Positions 48,081-57,347 of a stretch of 64,000 nucleotides of DNA are shown here, in pieces. Under the pieces are notes generated by a model. That model was not told where the DNA came from. It saw only the letters and a list, made by a program, of their open reading frames with translations, and made no database searches. Position numbers and translations under genes: made by a program. The stretch's first letter is position 1, and each line of letters opens with the position of its first letter. Source of the stretch: a candidate division WWE3 bacterium RIFOXYC1_FULL_40_10. Lineage in GTDB: Bacteria; Patescibacteriota; WWE3; UBA101185; UBA10185. The stretch covers positions 678,099 through 742,098 of the forward strand of contig MEWB01000001.1 of the NCBI GenBank assembly GCA_001773215.1, written 5' to 3'.

Positions 48081-48545
48081 ATGAAAAAACAAGACGCAAT
48101 TAAACAAAAATTAACTGACATCTTAAATTTCCTTGATGTAACTCCTGCTGTAGACATTGAATCACCTGAAGAGAATGTTTTTAAAATAGTTATTACCGGC
48201 CAAAATTTGAATCCGTTGATCGGCTTTAGGGGTTATTCTTTGCAGGCTATGGAACACATGTTACAGCTAATGCTGTACCGAGACTTCGATGATGCCTCCA
48301 CTATTGTGTTGGATATTAACGGATACAAGAATCAAAAAGTAGAAAGAATCCATGACTTAGCTAAAAGTTTGATTGATAAGGTAAGATTCCACCAAAGAAA
48401 CGTAGAAATGCCCCCAATGAACCCATGGGAAAGACGCCAAGTTCATATGCTGGTCGGTGAATACGACGACATCGAATCTGAAAGCACAGGAGAAGGCCCT
48501 TCCCGAAGGGTAGTACTCAAACCAAAGAGTTCAACCGGTAAATAA
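48081..48545 (+). CDS. jag: Jag/KhpB (EloR) KH plus R3H RNA-binding protein
   Basis: LIG.RG.SLQA, LDINGY, PMN..ERR.VH, SESTGEGP.RRVV. Confidence 0.93.
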   Translation: MKKQDAIKQKLTDILNFLDVTPAVDIESPEENVFKIVITGQNLNPLIGFRGYSLQAMEHMLQLMLYRDFDDASTIVLDINGYKNQKVERIHDLAKSLIDKVRFHQRNVEMPPMNPWERRQVHMLVGEYDDIESESTGEGPSRRVVLKPKSSTGK

Positions 48546-48556
48546 AAGTATTGAAT

Positions 48557-49663
48557 ATGAAAATAGCTTGCCTGCAGGAAAACTTAGCAAAAGCTTTAGG
48601 TATAGTATCTAAAGCAGTACCAACAAAAGGCGCTTTGCCAATCTTGTCGAATGTTTTAATTACGGCGGAAAAGGGAAAAATTAAATTCGCGGCCACAAAT
48701 CTTGAAACTACAATTATTACTTATTCACAGGGCTCTATCGAAGCTGAGGGTGCAATAACAGTTCCCGCCAAGTTGATCAAGGATTTTATAGCTAACTTAC
48801 CCCAAAATACGATTTCTTTGGAGCTATTGGGAGATAATTTGCATGTTGTGTCGGAAAAAACTAAATCCAAATTTAACGGCATATCGGCAAAAGACTACCC
48901 GGAATTGCCTTCTATATCCAACAAAACCAAATTCATCGAAATTGACCCCAAGGAATTTGCAAACTCAGTAGGAATTGTCGCTTTCGCATCCTCGGTCGAT
49001 GAAGGTCAGCCCCTTTACACAGGAGTATTAATAAAGGTATCAGGGAATGGAATAACATTTGTATCAACAGACGGATTTAGATTATCCGAACGGAGTATTA
49101 AGGTTGAAAACGAGTTCGAAGACGTATCCGCAATTATTTCAGCGAAAACTCTTCTTGAAGTGTCGAGAATATTCGCAAATTTCCCCACACCACTAAAAAT
49201 AGGACTCAGCGACAACGAAAATATGGCAATATTCACTTCTGGAGAGACTTTAGTGGCTACCCGGCTAATAGAGGGGGAATATCCCGATTATAAAAGAATT
49301 ATCCCGGAAAGTGGCGAATTAAACGCCTACTTTGAGGCCGCGCACTTTATGGATGCAGTAAAGCTCACCGATATCTTCGCCAAAAATACAGGAAAACCGA
49401 TAAAACTTATTTTTGACCCCGAAGGAAAGATCAAAATTGCATCATTATCCGCTGATACTGGAGAACATGAGAGCTATATTGAAGCGCGTGTTGAAGGTAA
49501 CCTAACGGAAGTTGCTTTCAATTCGAGATATTTGTTGGAATTTCTAACAAACGTAAAATCAGAAAAAATACACTTACATTCAAACGGCACAACATCACCC
49601 TGCGTTTTAAAACCCGAAGGAATAGATAATTTCCTTCATATTGTAATGCCGGTACAAATTTAG
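48557..49663 (+). CDS. dnaN: DNA polymerase III beta clamp
   Basis: LPILSNVL, ATNLE, STDGFRLS, TRLIEGEYPDY, AFN.RYL, VMPV. Confidence 0.97.
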   Translation: MKIACLQENLAKALGIVSKAVPTKGALPILSNVLITAEKGKIKFAATNLETTIITYSQGSIEAEGAITVPAKLIKDFIANLPQNTISLELLGDNLHVVSEKTKSKFNGISAKDYPELPSISNKTKFIEIDPKEFANSVGIVAFASSVDEGQPLYTGVLIKVSGNGITFVSTDGFRLSERSIKVENEFEDVSAIISAKTLLEVSRIFANFPTPLKIGLSDNENMAIFTSGETLVATRLIEGEYPDYKRIIPESGELNAYFEAAHFMDAVKLTDIFAKNTGKPIKLIFDPEGKIKIASLSADTGEHESYIEARVEGNLTEVAFNSRYLLEFLTNVKSEKIHLHSNGTTSPCVLKPEGIDNFLHIVMPVQI

Positions 49664-51939
49664 ACTAGGTCGTCGGATCCCAAAACATTAGGCAGAGTTT
49701 GCGTACTAGGCCCGGATAAATTACTTGCAGTAGGCTTTGGTGGTACTAAAGGTGGCGGAGTTATTTTCGGCGGAGTGATTTGCGGAGGTTTGGGTGCTGT
49801 AGTAGTTTCCAAAACAGATTTAAGAATAGCTTCCGAAGACGGCATTGCATGTTTTTCCGGATTAGGCTCTGGGCTTACTGCTATGTCTTCCGGCACCACA
49901 CCAAGATTCTTAGTTATTGCACCCGGAGCTGTCCCGCTCCCTCCCAGCACAACAGCGGGTTCTTGTTCTTCGACAACATCAGATACCCTTAAGGGAACAA
50001 AAGGAGCTTTGGGCGCAACCGTAGGTTTTGGAGGCAACGCTTTTGCGGCTAAACCTTCTTCTCTCATTCTTAAAATCTCCTCGGGATTTGTTGTGAGCAA
50101 CCTATTTTCAGCTTCGGAGGCTTTAACTAAAATCGAGACATGGTTCGCTCCGGCGAAAAACAACCCCTCCCCAACTCCTGCCGCTAATAGTAGCCTCTTT
50201 TCACCCTCGGATAGGTAAAAGGTATTTGCTACTTTCTCGATAGCAGCCGGGTGCTGTTTTAGCAGTATCTGGATAGATGAGTTTGTAACAATTGCTTTTC
50301 CGTATTCGGATGTTAAAAAGTCGTCTACATCTTGGGAAATTGTTGTTAGGCCCAAGTAATATTTACGCGCCCTTTTTGCAATCCCATAAATAAACCGTGC
50401 ACTATCTTCGTTTTGCATCAAATACCAAGCTTCTTCTACTATAAGAAGTCTTTTTCTTAAATCCTTTCTAATACGTGTCCAAATAAAATCCAAAATAATA
50501 TAGAAAGCTATTGGCCTCAATGCCTCTTCCAAGTTTTTGGTTGAAAAAACAGTCATCTTACTGGTTAGGTTTATATTTGATTGGGAATCAAAGATTCCCG
50601 TCATGGACCCCTTTATGAACTTCTCTAATCTCTCGGCCATTCCTCTTGCCTCCGGTTCTGCCGCTCCCATTAAAACTTTGTAGAGATCTTCCATTACTGG
50701 CGGTTCCCGTGTTGCCTGCGTTTCCGGATCCGTAGTAATCCCTTTTATTCTATACGCCTCTATTAAAGCCCTATCTAAAATGGCTTCTTCTGTTGGTGTA
50801 AGAGTACCCATCATTAATTTAAGTAGTGTTACAAGAGAAATCAGTTTTTGTCCCAACTCATTTTCACCTTCTACAACGATTCCGGAAAGGTCAAAAGGAT
50901 TAATTTTTGATGGTGAGTTGGCAGAGAAATCGATGTAATTACCACCAACGGCATTACATAATGGGCGATACTCTTCTTCGGGATCTATTACCATTACTTC
51001 GCACCCAAAAACCATTTGGCGCAATGCTTCCAACTTAATAAAATACGACTTACCCGACCCGGATTTGGCGAAAACCACCGAGTTGGCGTTCTCCAATGAA
51101 AACCTATCAAAGATAACTAGCGAACCGTTATGTCTGTTGATTCCATACATAATTCCTTCTTCCATTGTTAGGTCAGAGGATGTGAACGGGAAAGTGGTAG
51201 CTAAACTAGTAGTATCCATGTTTCTGGTTATTAATAGTTTATCTATGCCGGCAGGAATCGAAGACTGGAAGGCTTCTTCCATTTGGAGTGAGGCTTTTTT
51301 GGAAATTAATAACAAAGAACCTAAAGTTGATTCAAGCTTTGATGTTATGTTTTCCAACTCTTCTAAAGTTTCCGCTGACATTGTTATATAAAATGAAAAT
51401 TGGAAATATTTTTCTACCCCTTTTACCAATTGCTCCTGAAGAGCGTTTGCGTCTTCCAACGCAGCAGAAACCACGGGATCAGTGACTCTCCCCTTCTCTT
51501 GATTAGACATCATTGTGGCTTCCAACTCGGTAATTTTTCTTCGTAGGTCATCTAAAATGACCTTTGATTTTACAGGGTAGTAAAACATTGAAAGATCGAG
51601 AGAGTGGTCAAAATTTATTATAGGGGATAACCAATTAGCCCCCACAAATCTGGGATAACCTGCAACAAACAATGTCCTGTAAAAAAGTGATCCCACTCGA
51701 ATAGTATTAAAGTCCACTTCCAAGGCTCCGGGAGCAATAATATCGCGTACATTAATCATACCTTCTGCTAAAACCTGGGAAGGCGATCTTCCCCCAATGG
51801 TATTGTTAGGAGTAGCCTTATGCAGTTTAACTTGGGAATCTGCCTTTTCCATACCATCATAGGCAGGCTCAGTCGACAGATTCGATCTTGATGTGGTACC
51901 TCCCTTTTTGTTAAACATAGTGAAAATATTCAATGCCAT
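49660..51939 (-). CDS. VirB4/TraE-like type IV secretion ATPase with Pro-rich C-terminal tail
   Basis: N.NSVVFAKSGSGKS Walker A, IDPE.EY, INPFD, IVEEAW Walker B, KRARKY...LTTISQ. Confidence 0.88.
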   Translation of the reverse strand: MALNIFTMFNKKGGTTSRSNLSTEPAYDGMEKADSQVKLHKATPNNTIGGRSPSQVLAEGMINVRDIIAPGALEVDFNTIRVGSLFYRTLFVAGYPRFVGANWLSPIINFDHSLDLSMFYYPVKSKVILDDLRRKITELEATMMSNQEKGRVTDPVVSAALEDANALQEQLVKGVEKYFQFSFYITMSAETLEELENITSKLESTLGSLLLISKKASLQMEEAFQSSIPAGIDKLLITRNMDTTSLATTFPFTSSDLTMEEGIMYGINRHNGSLVIFDRFSLENANSVVFAKSGSGKSYFIKLEALRQMVFGCEVMVIDPEEEYRPLCNAVGGNYIDFSANSPSKINPFDLSGIVVEGENELGQKLISLVTLLKLMMGTLTPTEEAILDRALIEAYRIKGITTDPETQATREPPVMEDLYKVLMGAAEPEARGMAERLEKFIKGSMTGIFDSQSNINLTSKMTVFSTKNLEEALRPIAFYIILDFIWTRIRKDLRKRLLIVEEAWYLMQNEDSARFIYGIAKRARKYYLGLTTISQDVDDFLTSEYGKAIVTNSSIQILLKQHPAAIEKVANTFYLSEGEKRLLLAAGVGEGLFFAGANHVSILVKASEAENRLLTTNPEEILRMREEGLAAKALPPKPTVAPKAPFVPLRVSDVVEEQEPAVVLGGSGTAPGAITKNLGVVPEDIAVSPEPNPEKHAMPSSEAILKSVLETTTAPKPPQITPPKITPPPLVPPKPTASNLSGPSTQTLPNVLGSDDLV

Positions 51940-51940
51940 A

Positions 51941-52642
51941 CTATTCCTCTATTATTGCCGGATTCACAATCGCGGTTTGGTAATCATCTACATTAGTCCT
52001 AATCCTTTGACCATGAACGTTGCTGGGATTATAGATATCAAAATATAGCTCCACTAGCTCCTGGGTTGTCATTTGGCGCGCTTTAACCCCAATTCTATTA
52101 AATTCCTTTATCATATGCTCAACTTTGGGATATAGCTCTACAGAACCATTCTTTAGTACGGCATCAGCATCAAACTCAACTCTTTTTGCATGCGATCCTG
52201 TTAGCTTAAAAAACCAATCGAAAGGTCCCGAACCGGGTTGTGCACTTTCAGGCCCGGCGGTCGGGATAACAATAAAAAACCTTTTGTCTAACACATCATT
52301 TTGCTGAACAACCTCCTGAACAAACTTCCTGTACGACTCAGCCTGATGACGTAATAAAGGATCGGTAATTTTATTCTCAATTCTTTGAACTTTATCGATG
52401 TATTTAGTTATATCCAGCCTTTTGGATCTTACAACTATCTGAATAGGGAATGTTATTGAATTTAAGAGCATCGAAAAGGCTGCAATAATGGCGTCTTGTT
52501 CCATCTCCGAAAGTAAGTCGAAGTTTACAGCGTTAGTTTGAAGCACTGCACAGACTACAGAGTTTTTAAGCACCACCAAATTATCTTTAATATCATAGAT
52601 ATCTAAATGATCTTGAGTTGTTGCTGTTATATTATCTGCCAT
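51941..52642 (-). CDS. VirB4-associated (TraC/VirB4 N-terminal-like) protein
   Basis: TQ.HL.I.DI....V, VNF.LLSE.EQ.AII..F...LNS..FPIQI pattern; lies between prgI and virB4. Confidence 0.7.
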   Translation of the reverse strand: MADNITATTQDHLDIYDIKDNLVVLKNSVVCAVLQTNAVNFDLLSEMEQDAIIAAFSMLLNSITFPIQIVVRSKRLDITKYIDKVQRIENKITDPLLRHQAESYRKFVQEVVQQNDVLDKRFFIVIPTAGPESAQPGSGPFDWFFKLTGSHAKRVEFDADAVLKNGSVELYPKVEHMIKEFNRIGVKARQMTTQELVELYFDIYNPSNVHGQRIRTNVDDYQTAIVNPAIIEE

Positions 52643-52649
52643 ATTTACA

Positions 52650-54122
52650 TCACCTTCCTGTAATTTGTATAGGAGGAATTACATCTCCTTTAACCTCTAC
52701 TGAAATTATATCAAAGGTTAGACCAGTATCATTAATTGGACTCACCTCGATAGTATACACACCTTCCGTCAAGGGTGTCGTTAGGATAAATTGACCCAAC
52801 TTGTTCGATTTGAAGGCCCTAACAGCCTCGCCGTTACTGTTTTTGATAATTAACAATACATTAGGTATCCCATCGCCAACAACTCCGGATACAATATTTG
52901 GCTTGGTGGTTAGAGGTGGTATTTTAGCCAAATGCACATACCCTCTAGGTTCGGCAACTACAGCAGCATTAACTTTTTCTTCAAGCTGTTTTTGCAAATC
53001 AGCAATTTGCTTACTCAACGCCTCATAATCTTGTGCTGACTTACTTTTTTCAAGCTCCAACTTTTTAAGAAGATCCTCTTGTGTTGCTGTATCAAGAGCT
53101 TTTTGTTTGGCAGTCTCAATCTCCGATTTCAAACTCTCTATTTGGTCATCTATATCTTGATTTTGTTCTTTAAGTTTATCCGCCAAGTCTTCAGCTTCCT
53201 TATTTAGCCTTTCGGGAGCTACCTGAGTCTGCGGAGTTGCAGGCCTGGCTATTTTTACTCTCTCTGTCTGCTGAATTTGGCCTAACAACTGCTGTAATTT
53301 AGCTGCTTTATCGGCAACATCTTCATCAGCCAATCGCATAGTTTGAGCATCTTGGGACAAAACCTTTTCTCCCCTGATAGGCAAAAACAACTCCCCCTGA
53401 GAAGGCAACAAGCTGGTAAATCTTCTGCCGGAATGCATGTCGGGAGTAATTGGCACGTGAGTATCGAATCCTTCAGGCTCTTGAGCTTGCGGAGGAGGAG
53501 CGACAGCCGGCTGTACATGTTCGGAAATTACAGGTGCCGGAGGAAGCTCATCTTCCGCGAAAATATCATCAACACCGACTGCAACAGGTGCAGGTGGAGG
53601 GGGTAAATCAAGCGCAGGTAATGAAGCGTAAATATTTGCAACTTTGGAAATATATTCTTCCTCCGGAATATCCAGGGGGTCTCTGGGGCCTTTTTGTATG
53701 GAGTGCGTAAGATACTCCTCAAGTTTCCTCCGGCTGGAAGTAGGCGCAAGAGTTATCATCTCTTGTCTAACCATATCTACACTTGCCATTGCGAAAGGCT
53801 TAAGTACAAAAACTTCCTTCTTCCAAATCCTCTGGGTAGGTGTGTAAACTGCTTTTACAAAATTAACTATCCACTGATCAAGGCCTCTTTCTTCGACAGG
53901 TATAAAAGCTAAGCCAATACCAAGCCCTGCTGATAAAATAAAAAGTGGAATTTTAAAAATGCCTGTAGGTAGAATCAACATCAGGTACGCCATCCCGCCG
54001 AATATCAGTACGTAGGCAAATTGTCTCATGGTTAAGTCCCCAATTAACTTGAATTCCACGTCCATGATGTTTTGGGGGACTGCATGCTGTGTATTTGTTT
54101 GAATGTTATCTCTTATGGGCAT
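52650..54122 (-). CDS. PrgI-family (VirB3-like) protein with Pro-rich linker, coiled coil and C-terminal beta domain
   Basis: HAVPQNI...EFKLIG.LT.RQF, two TMs, RGLD.W...F......P..R.WKK. Confidence 0.82.
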   Translation of the reverse strand: MPIRDNIQTNTQHAVPQNIMDVEFKLIGDLTMRQFAYVLIFGGMAYLMLILPTGIFKIPLFILSAGLGIGLAFIPVEERGLDQWIVNFVKAVYTPTQRIWKKEVFVLKPFAMASVDMVRQEMITLAPTSSRRKLEEYLTHSIQKGPRDPLDIPEEEYISKVANIYASLPALDLPPPPAPVAVGVDDIFAEDELPPAPVISEHVQPAVAPPPQAQEPEGFDTHVPITPDMHSGRRFTSLLPSQGELFLPIRGEKVLSQDAQTMRLADEDVADKAAKLQQLLGQIQQTERVKIARPATPQTQVAPERLNKEAEDLADKLKEQNQDIDDQIESLKSEIETAKQKALDTATQEDLLKKLELEKSKSAQDYEALSKQIADLQKQLEEKVNAAVVAEPRGYVHLAKIPPLTTKPNIVSGVVGDGIPNVLLIIKNSNGEAVRAFKSNKLGQFILTTPLTEGVYTIEVSPINDTGLTFDIISVEVKGDVIPPIQITGR

Positions 54123-54143
54123 TTATTCCCTAATTTTAGCGGA

Positions 54144-57100
54144 TTATTGGAGTTTAACAATATATCTAACATCCTTATCTAAAACCCCGGTATCCTCTAC
54201 CAAATTATTCTTCTGCTCCAAATTACTGCTAAATTGATTAAGCGTCATTCCAAACGGGGCATTAAACTTAAAGTTAAACACATCGTCGTGTGTACCCGAC
54301 TGCTTTTGCCACAACATAGTATAATCCTGAAAGTCTTTAGTTATAGATAATCCTTCAGGCAAATCGTAATTTAGCAAAAGAGTTAAACTGCTTGTTGGCT
54401 CAAGCTTAAATGTGGTTTCAAACGACGAATACCTTCCTACGCTTGATACCCTTATTCTATCAAAAATATCCAGTGTAGTGTTGTCTTTATAAATAAATTT
54501 AGCACCAGTAAGTTTTGACCCTGCCTGAGTTAATACTCTAACATAATTTGTGTAGGGGCCGCCGGGCCACGCATCCCCTTCTCCGGTGTGTTTATAGTTT
54601 AGTGCTAATGTTCCTCTTAATATCCCGTCTCTGGTTAAAGAATCCACTTCGTATTCCATCGTGTTCTGTACATAGTAGTTTGCTTTTGTTCCGCCCAAAT
54701 TAGCATTTACCACTTGTAAATAATCTCCTTCGGAATCAGCTAAACTTCCATCCCAATTTCTACTCTTAAGAAATGCGTTTAATGAACTGTTTTTAAAATA
54801 AATTTGAAAATGTCTCTCATCCAAAGATTTTTCGATCGACCCCAGAAGAGGTGAGATTTTATCTTTTGGAGTGGCAAAGATTTTCTCGAGCAGTTTACTG
54901 CCTAAAACAGTTAAAAACCCTCTTTTGGCATCCGAGCCGGCTTCAAAATTAAAATCACTGTGGTACTGAGTTCTCTCATATAAATTCTCGGATGTAATTT
55001 GTTCATCGTATGCAGCTAAAAATAAAGGCCCTGTTACATTTATTAATTCCTTTGCAAAAGATAAATCAACAGCTAAATAGCCATCGATATCTTCTCCGGT
55101 CACTCTGTAATACAAGTCATCAAAAGCCACCACCGAACTTGGAAAATCCGGACTCCAGTTTGAGTTTCTCAGATGCAATCCATTTTCTCCTAAAAGCTCC
55201 GCAATAGGGGACGGAGATGGCACCGAAATTCCCCTAAGATCTATTTGGCCATCCGGATTATAAATGTCGTCAATTGTTAAATCCTTGAGTTTTCCGTTTT
55301 CAAAGGTTAGCAGGCCATAGGATCCTATAAACCCTCCTGTGGGGCGTATCTCGTTTGAATTTTGGAACCAAACCATATATGTCTTTTTCGAGGAGGCACC
55401 TAATATTTGCGGGAGATCTGCTACCACCGCAGAGGCAAGCACCAAGCCGGAATCGATCTGTTCAAGATATACTCCGTATACTCTTGCCGGTTCCTGAAGT
55501 TTTTCCGGCAAGTCGGGAATTGAGATGTTTTTAAAATCCGCACTGGCTAACCCTATTGTGTTTCGAGCATTTAACAATGAAAACTTTGCGCTATCAAAAT
55601 ATGAGGAATCCATGGTTTCATCCGTATCGGGACGGATTATAGCCCAAAGAGCTTCCATGGGTTTTACTACATCCGCCAATTCCTCACCGGATTTCGAGAA
55701 GTTTATCAACGAACTAAGCAATCTATAGGTAGCGTTATATTGCTCCTTTTTACCGGAAATTTTAAAAAGCCACTTGACCTTAACCAAATAAGACCTTGAA
55801 GATGTGAAATCCTCAGTGGCAGTCTTGAGATTGTTTTTTATCTGCTCCGAATCAAAATGGTTGGAAGGATCCCTAACAGCCATTAACGCTAATTTCCCAT
55901 GTTCTGCCTTAGAGAAAACTTGAAAAACGGGAAATACGACAAAGGTAATAACGGCAGCAGCTAAAATTGCTCCGATAGTTAAAGACCTGCTCACTTTTGG
56001 GGACACTGAATGAGCTGTGATTCGGGGAAGAGCCCCTGTTGTTTTAATACCTTTGCGAACTATGTCTCTAAGTTTTTTAATTAACTCCCCCACCGGATTT
56101 CTTTTGTTTATGTATGGGTAAGGGTTCGGAGAAAAACTGGTTGGCACATTGGCGGCCGGAGCCTTGAATCCGGGTTCGTAGGCATATATGGGCATGGGGG
56201 TAGTCGCGATAGGCGGTGCGGTTACAGCCCTGCTGGCTATGTGATCTTGAATATATCTTGCAGGTTTAAATGAAAGTGAGTTTACTTTATAACCAAACCA
56301 GGACAGAGTCTTCACTATTCCCTCTTTTAGTGCAACCTTAGGCTCCCAAGCCAGGTCTCCCAGGTTAAATGTATCAACATCGCGAGGACCCTGTTTAACC
56401 GGGGAAAGATAGGGTGAATATTTAACATCCAACTCGGCATCCGCCATGCTCTTGACTAGATAGGCCACTTCTAGAACGGAAACAGGTTCTCCTCCTACCA
56501 AGGAATAAATATTCCCTTTAGTCACAGGATTAAATAGGGCCTTCAAAATTCCTGCTATGGCGTCTTCGATGTATAAGTAAAATTCTTTATCAGTTCCGTC
56601 ACCCCTAACACTAATGTCTCTTCGCTCAATCAAATCTTTCAAAAAGCTGCCAATCGAACCGCTGGCATCCAAATTCATGTTTGGTCCATATATTTCTGGG
56701 AGACGAGCCACCCTTATATCGAGTTTGTATCTGTGGTAGTACTGCCAAACCAACGCCTCAGAAAATCTTTTGGCCTCGGTGAGGCTAAATTTGTTGTCCT
56801 CAAATGAGCTAAATCCAAAATACTTGTCGATGCTTAGCTGAGACATTCTCCCTTGGTACACATCGATGGTGGAAGCAAGTAAAAATTTAGCCTCGGATTT
56901 CTTGGCGAGGTCCAAAAGATTTTTCACACCCAATGAATTTGTTAATAAGGAATCCAAGTTTAGATACTCTTTGCTGTACAGATATTCTTCTAAACTGGCC
57001 AAGTGGATTATATAGTCAACACTATCTATATCACTTGGAATACCTTCGTTAATATCCACATCGTACAATGCAAAATTTGGATTGTTCATTAAATGCTGAA

Positions 57101-57260
57101 TATTTACTTGCTTTCCGGTCTGAAAATTATCTAAGGCAATAACCCTTGCTCCTTTGTCGAGCAAAGCTTGTGCTAGGTGGGAACCTATAAAACCGGCACC
57201 TCCTGAAATAAGTGCTGTCGGTATGAGTGCTGTTTTTCTTATTACTTGATCTTTGGGCAT
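54144..57260 (-). CDS. Fusion: SDR/UXS-like domain, TM helix, DUF4012 domain
   Basis: GGAGFIGSHL N-terminus; C-terminal FQN..EIRPTGGFIGS, RNSNWSPDFP, N.N.GG.K.N, Y.NYVR, QKQSG. Confidence 0.85.
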   Translation of the reverse strand: MPKDQVIRKTALIPTALISGGAGFIGSHLAQALLDKGARVIALDNFQTGKQVNIQHLMNNPNFALYDVDINEGIPSDIDSVDYIIHLASLEEYLYSKEYLNLDSLLTNSLGVKNLLDLAKKSEAKFLLASTIDVYQGRMSQLSIDKYFGFSSFEDNKFSLTEAKRFSEALVWQYYHRYKLDIRVARLPEIYGPNMNLDASGSIGSFLKDLIERRDISVRGDGTDKEFYLYIEDAIAGILKALFNPVTKGNIYSLVGGEPVSVLEVAYLVKSMADAELDVKYSPYLSPVKQGPRDVDTFNLGDLAWEPKVALKEGIVKTLSWFGYKVNSLSFKPARYIQDHIASRAVTAPPIATTPMPIYAYEPGFKAPAANVPTSFSPNPYPYINKRNPVGELIKKLRDIVRKGIKTTGALPRITAHSVSPKVSRSLTIGAILAAAVITFVVFPVFQVFSKAEHGKLALMAVRDPSNHFDSEQIKNNLKTATEDFTSSRSYLVKVKWLFKISGKKEQYNATYRLLSSLINFSKSGEELADVVKPMEALWAIIRPDTDETMDSSYFDSAKFSLLNARNTIGLASADFKNISIPDLPEKLQEPARVYGVYLEQIDSGLVLASAVVADLPQILGASSKKTYMVWFQNSNEIRPTGGFIGSYGLLTFENGKLKDLTIDDIYNPDGQIDLRGISVPSPSPIAELLGENGLHLRNSNWSPDFPSSVVAFDDLYYRVTGEDIDGYLAVDLSFAKELINVTGPLFLAAYDEQITSENLYERTQYHSDFNFEAGSDAKRGFLTVLGSKLLEKIFATPKDKISPLLGSIEKSLDERHFQIYFKNSSLNAFLKSRNWDGSLADSEGDYLQVVNANLGGTKANYYVQNTMEYEVDSLTRDGILRGTLALNYKHTGEGDAWPGGPYTNYVRVLTQAGSKLTGAKFIYKDNTTLDIFDRIRVSSVGRYSSFETTFKLEPTSSLTLLLNYDLPEGLSITKDFQDYTMLWQKQSGTHDDVFNFKFNAPFGMTLNQFSSNLEQKNNLVEDTGVLDKDVRYIVKLQ

Positions 57261-57347
57261 TACGGGCAGTTCGTATCAATAAATACGTAATTTCCTAAAT
57301 TATAGATAGTACGCGGAAGTATTACAATGGCTTTTTACTGTGATATG

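Noticed and set aside
46416-49663. oriC near rpmH/dnaN
   Set aside because: No dnaA and no cluster of TTATCCACA boxes; only isolated imperfect matches elsewhere in the window
49660-54122. ICE or conjugative element
   Set aside because: No relaxase, coupling protein, integrase or flanking direct repeats in the window; embedded among core genes
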